Shown here piece by piece: positions 61,149 to 64,000 of a DNA stretch of 64,000 bases; positions within the stretch are counted from its first letter, which is position 1, and each line of letters begins with the position of its first letter. The DNA is from an uncultured delta proteobacterium. Lineage in GTDB: Bacteria; Desulfobacterota; WTBG01. The stretch spans positions 928,001 through 992,000 of the forward strand of contig CAWCBP010000001.1 in the NCBI GenBank assembly GCA_963793865.1, given 5' to 3'. The translations under genes and the position numbers were made by a program. The notes under the pieces are model-generated. The model ran no database searches. It was given only the letters and a program-made list of their open reading frames with translations, and was not told the DNA's origin.

Positions 61149-62255
61149 TCATGACACTTCAGCCAGCTCGCGCTTGACTTCCCTGAACCCGCTATCCGCG
61201 TCACATATCTTTTTAAAAAGCTTGTGAGCCTTCCTCAATCGGCCCTTCATTTTGTAGGTCACGGCCATTTCGTAGAGCAGGGCATTTTTCTTCTCTGCGG
61301 TCAGGTCTTTGTTCTTCAAACCCTTTTTGAGATATCTGATGGCATCCTTGAAAAGCCCGCGCTCCCGGGCGCAGGCAGCCAGCATGAGATGGCAGTCAGT
61401 GCTCCTCAGAGGATTCTCCATGGCCTTGCTCAGTTCGTCTACGGCATCTTCGTAGCGGCCGATCGTGTGATACGCGGTACCAAGATTGTAGTGGTACAGA
61501 CTGTCATCCTGCCCGCTCGCCGCCGATCCTTCCTGACGTATCTCCCTGAAGATTTCCTCAAAGCCCGACAGGGCATCCCGGGCGTTGCTCTCATCGATGC
61601 CATCCCTTTCAGCCATAGCCGGCAATTCCGTTTCCCAATCGCATTCCAGGGCGGCGCCAAGGTCAAAAAATGTATCCAGCTGCTGCTCTGCCTCGCGAGA
61701 AGGCTCGGCGGGACGGTTTCCGGTTACGGCATCCGATAACTCCCAATCCATGCCGTGTGACTTATGGTCAACCGATTCCGGCGCAATCCTTTTTTCCGCA
61801 TAAAACTGCGCTATCTTCTTCTTTACGTAGATGCTTTGCGGATCAATGGAAAACATCATCTCCAGTGTCTCAGTCACCTTTTCCCGCAGGCCGCGGTCAC
61901 AATAGTGACGGGCCAGCTTTTCACAGGTTGCTACCGCATCGCCCATGATGCCCTCCCTCCGGTACAGGTCCGAGAGCACATGATAGGTGGAGATCTGCTC
62001 CGGGTCAATGCTGATAACCTGCTTGTAAATTGCGGCGGCTATCTGGCACAACCCGTTTGTTTCATATAATTGCGCCGCATGAAGATATTGTTCTATCGCC
62101 TTCTGACGCTGCCCCATTTTCAGCAGCACGTCAGCTATGCGAAGATGAACCCTTATGTCGTCGGGGTGCTGTTCGGCGAAGGCATAAAACTCGTTGAGCT
62201 CATGTACCAGCTTCTTTTCAGGGGCGGATTTAAAGAATAATCCAGATACCTTCAT
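61149..62255 (-). CDS. TPR protein (N-terminal TPRs, acidic linker, three C-terminal TPRs; SgmX-like architecture)
   Basis: IADVLLKMGQRQKAIEQY; FFDLGAALE linker; YHYNLGTAYHTIGRYEDA; LLYEMA. Confidence 0.75.
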   Translation of the reverse strand: MKVSGLFFKSAPEKKLVHELNEFYAFAEQHPDDIRVHLRIADVLLKMGQRQKAIEQYLHAAQLYETNGLCQIAAAIYKQVISIDPEQISTYHVLSDLYRREGIMGDAVATCEKLARHYCDRGLREKVTETLEMMFSIDPQSIYVKKKIAQFYAEKRIAPESVDHKSHGMDWELSDAVTGNRPAEPSREAEQQLDTFFDLGAALECDWETELPAMAERDGIDESNARDALSGFEEIFREIRQEGSAASGQDDSLYHYNLGTAYHTIGRYEDAVDELSKAMENPLRSTDCHLMLAACARERGLFKDAIRYLKKGLKNKDLTAEKKNALLYEMAVTYKMKGRLRKAHKLFKKICDADSGFREVKRELAEVS

Positions 62256-62300
62256 CTCGGTTCCTCACGGATGCTATCCATTGCTTGTTGGCGTATACGC

Positions 62301-62663
62301 TCATGCCTTCTGCTTTGCCTTTGCCAGCCGGCACCGCTCTTCTTCCAGGGCCCTTTTACCGGACGCGATGGCCTCCAGAATTTCCTGTTTCTTGAGTTCG
62401 GCAAGCTCCCTGCCGTCATCCATCAGCCGATCCGCCTTATGCCTGATGCCCTGTATGACATCGCTCATGGCCTGTTTCAGATCATCTTCCATGCGGTGCA
62501 TCTTGATGATGGTTCTCTCGGCCTTTTCCCTCATTTCACGCCTGGTGTACTCACCGGACTGCGGAGCAAAGAGCAGTGCAAGACCGGCCCCTATCGCGCT
62601 CCCGGCAAGAAATGATACCAGAGATGCTGTCAGATAATTATCCTCCCCATGCTGGCGCATCAT
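62301..62663 (-). CDS. YtxH domain protein
   Basis: SFLAGSAIGAGLALLFAPQSGEYTR motif followed by coiled coil. Confidence 0.88.
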   Translation of the reverse strand: MMRQHGEDNYLTASLVSFLAGSAIGAGLALLFAPQSGEYTRREMREKAERTIIKMHRMEDDLKQAMSDVIQGIRHKADRLMDDGRELAELKKQEILEAIASGKRALEEERCRLAKAKQKA

Positions 62664-62715
62664 GCTCCTCCTTTCCGGCTTGTAAGCATATTCTTCAGGT
62701 GCCGCCCGGCGGCAG

Positions 62716-63120
62716 TCATCGCTTTCTGTCAAAAAAGAAAAAATTGAACGTCCGGCTCAGCCCCTTCATAAATGCCGCCAGATCTATCAGTGGCTCAGCA
62801 ATGGCATTGTGCAGCACATATCCCGTTTTGGCGTATGTATCAACCAGGGAAAGAAGGCTTTTGCCGATCTGATCCGCAACCACATCAACCCGCTGCACCT
62901 GCACGCGCACGGTGTCCGTGACACCGGCCACATCCCGGCTCACTTTAGTCAGCATGGTGAGCACCGGATTGACTCCCGTTTCCAGGTGCGTTATCAGGTT
63001 TTCTGTTAACCTGCCCAACCGCCTTACTTCCAGCAGGATAAAAACCATCGCCGCTATGAGCACAACAAGGGCTGCCGTAATGATGATAAGACACACGCAT
63101 ATAACCATATCCGTATTCAT
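62716..63120 (-). CDS. DUF948/YoxC-like membrane-anchored protein
   Basis: N-terminal TM helix plus heptad helix; directly upstream of ytxH. Confidence 0.75.
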   Translation of the reverse strand: MNTDMVICVCLIIITAALVVLIAAMVFILLEVRRLGRLTENLITHLETGVNPVLTMLTKVSRDVAGVTDTVRVQVQRVDVVADQIGKSLLSLVDTYAKTGYVLHNAIAEPLIDLAAFMKGLSRTFNFFFFDRKR

Positions 63121-63655
63121 AATTCTGCTCCCGTCACAGGTTAAAGTATCGGATAAAAATAAAATTTCTTTAATGTAGTTTTAAACTTTTTCACGTTCAC
63201 ACCGTTACACTTGAATTTTGCAACCCGCAAAACCGCAGGAAACAATCCGGGTCCAAAATCTATCGACGTCTGCGGTCAGGCCGCTGAGCCTAGCAGTTAA
63301 GTGCTTTTATTCTGACAGAAACATAATAATTTGTAAACTTCAAATGTGGCACTCTATGCAACTCAATGCTCTACAAGTTATAGGTTAAACAGAAAGATCG
63401 TGGAGTGTGACGCCAAAATCATAAACCACTCATAGGCGTGATTTTATAATTTTCAGATTTGACGTAAATAGTGGACATGCATTTTTTATCGCTGTATCAT
63501 GAGAATGCTCAGCAGGAATGTTGAAACTGACAGCGATGGTACCGGGCTGCCGCATTTCTTTTCTCTTGAAATAACTCCGGCTCTGTGACATCATGTGCCC
63601 ATCAAAGGCGCATGCATTCCTGTTATGTGCAACCGACACAACCTTCTTCAAAGCA

Positions 63656-64000
63656 ATGCGATTCTGCCCGAAATGCTCCTTAAAAATTAAAGGAACCATA
63701 ACCCAGTGCCCTATATGCAAGGTAGAACTCTTATCCTGCGCGGAGGATGACGAAATGGATACCAGGCCGCCGGAAAATGAGCAGCAACCCCCTCTGAAGT
63801 CAGATGCTTTCCAGCAAACGCCCGAGAACCCCACGGCATCGCCGGCAGACATTTCCCGGATGAAACCCAGTCCCGTTTCCACTCCTGCCCAGCCGGCAGA
63901 CCACCCCGATCATTCGGCAATAATTAATAGCAAACTGGCAAAGCTTGAAGAACATCTGAAGGGCATCGGGAAGGCGCTCAATCAGCACATGGCAAAAGAA
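63656..64000 (+). CDS. zinc-ribbon protein, 3' end outside window, not in the ORF track
   Basis: Open frame to the window end: MRFCPKCSLKIKGTITQCPICKVELLS, Pro/Gln-rich linker, coiled coil (KLAKLEEHLKGIGKALNQHMAKE); in-frame upstream ATG at 63593. Confidence 0.75.
   Translation, partial: MRFCPKCSLKIKGTITQCPICKVELLSCAEDDEMDTRPPENEQQPPLKSDAFQQTPENPTASPADISRMKPSPVSTPAQPADHPDHSAIINSKLAKLEEHLKGIGKALNQHMAKE

Noticed and set aside
63430..63882. 150-aa minus-strand ORF in the track
   Set aside because: It is antisense to the plus-strand zinc-ribbon ORF (63656 onward), which has a recognisable motif; no domain signal of its own
1..64000. CRISPR arrays, IS elements, prophage genes, rRNA and in-frame Sec (UGA) selenoprotein genes
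   Set aside because: None noticed by eye: no regularly spaced repeats, transposase or integrase motifs, and no gene with an internal TGA at a Cys-equivalent position

Overview
Chromosomal window of an anaerobic Desulfobacterota (deltaproteobacteria)-like bacterium; the lineage is inferred from gene content and gene order only. It appears to span the replication terminus. A 28-bp dif-like XerCD site lies at 25525-25552, KOPS octamers (GGGNAGGG) switch polarity across it, and gene orientation flips from all-plus (1-25.4 kb) to mostly minus (30-63 kb). The left arm carries dxr-rseP-tsaB, ilvBNC-pssA-leuACDB, a secreted TSP3/C45-hydrolase protein, trpEGDCBA-folC-lptD. Immediately right of dif is an accessory block (PilZ protein and two secreted FN3/FG-GAP proteins). 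The right arm carries DUF1786/MobB-like/moaA, hisD-murA-prmC-prfA-rpmE-rho, coaE-rluD-HNH-selA, queD-folE2, a korAB-icd-fumC TCA operon, an octaheme cytochrome c with Ig-like tail, tRNA-Thr(CGT), dgt and a DUF948-YtxH-TPR-MglA-TPR-DUF4388 operon. The best novelty candidates are: (i) an extended, MglB-less MglA GTPase whose zinc ribbon recurs at the N-terminus of a divergently transcribed ORF missing from the ORF track (63656 to window end); (ii) a secreted cytochrome built from two tandem tetraheme modules; (iii) apparently swapped NAD/NADP motifs in LeuB and Icd. ilvB and selA are both frameshifted, possibly by assembly error. All calls are by eye, with no database searches.
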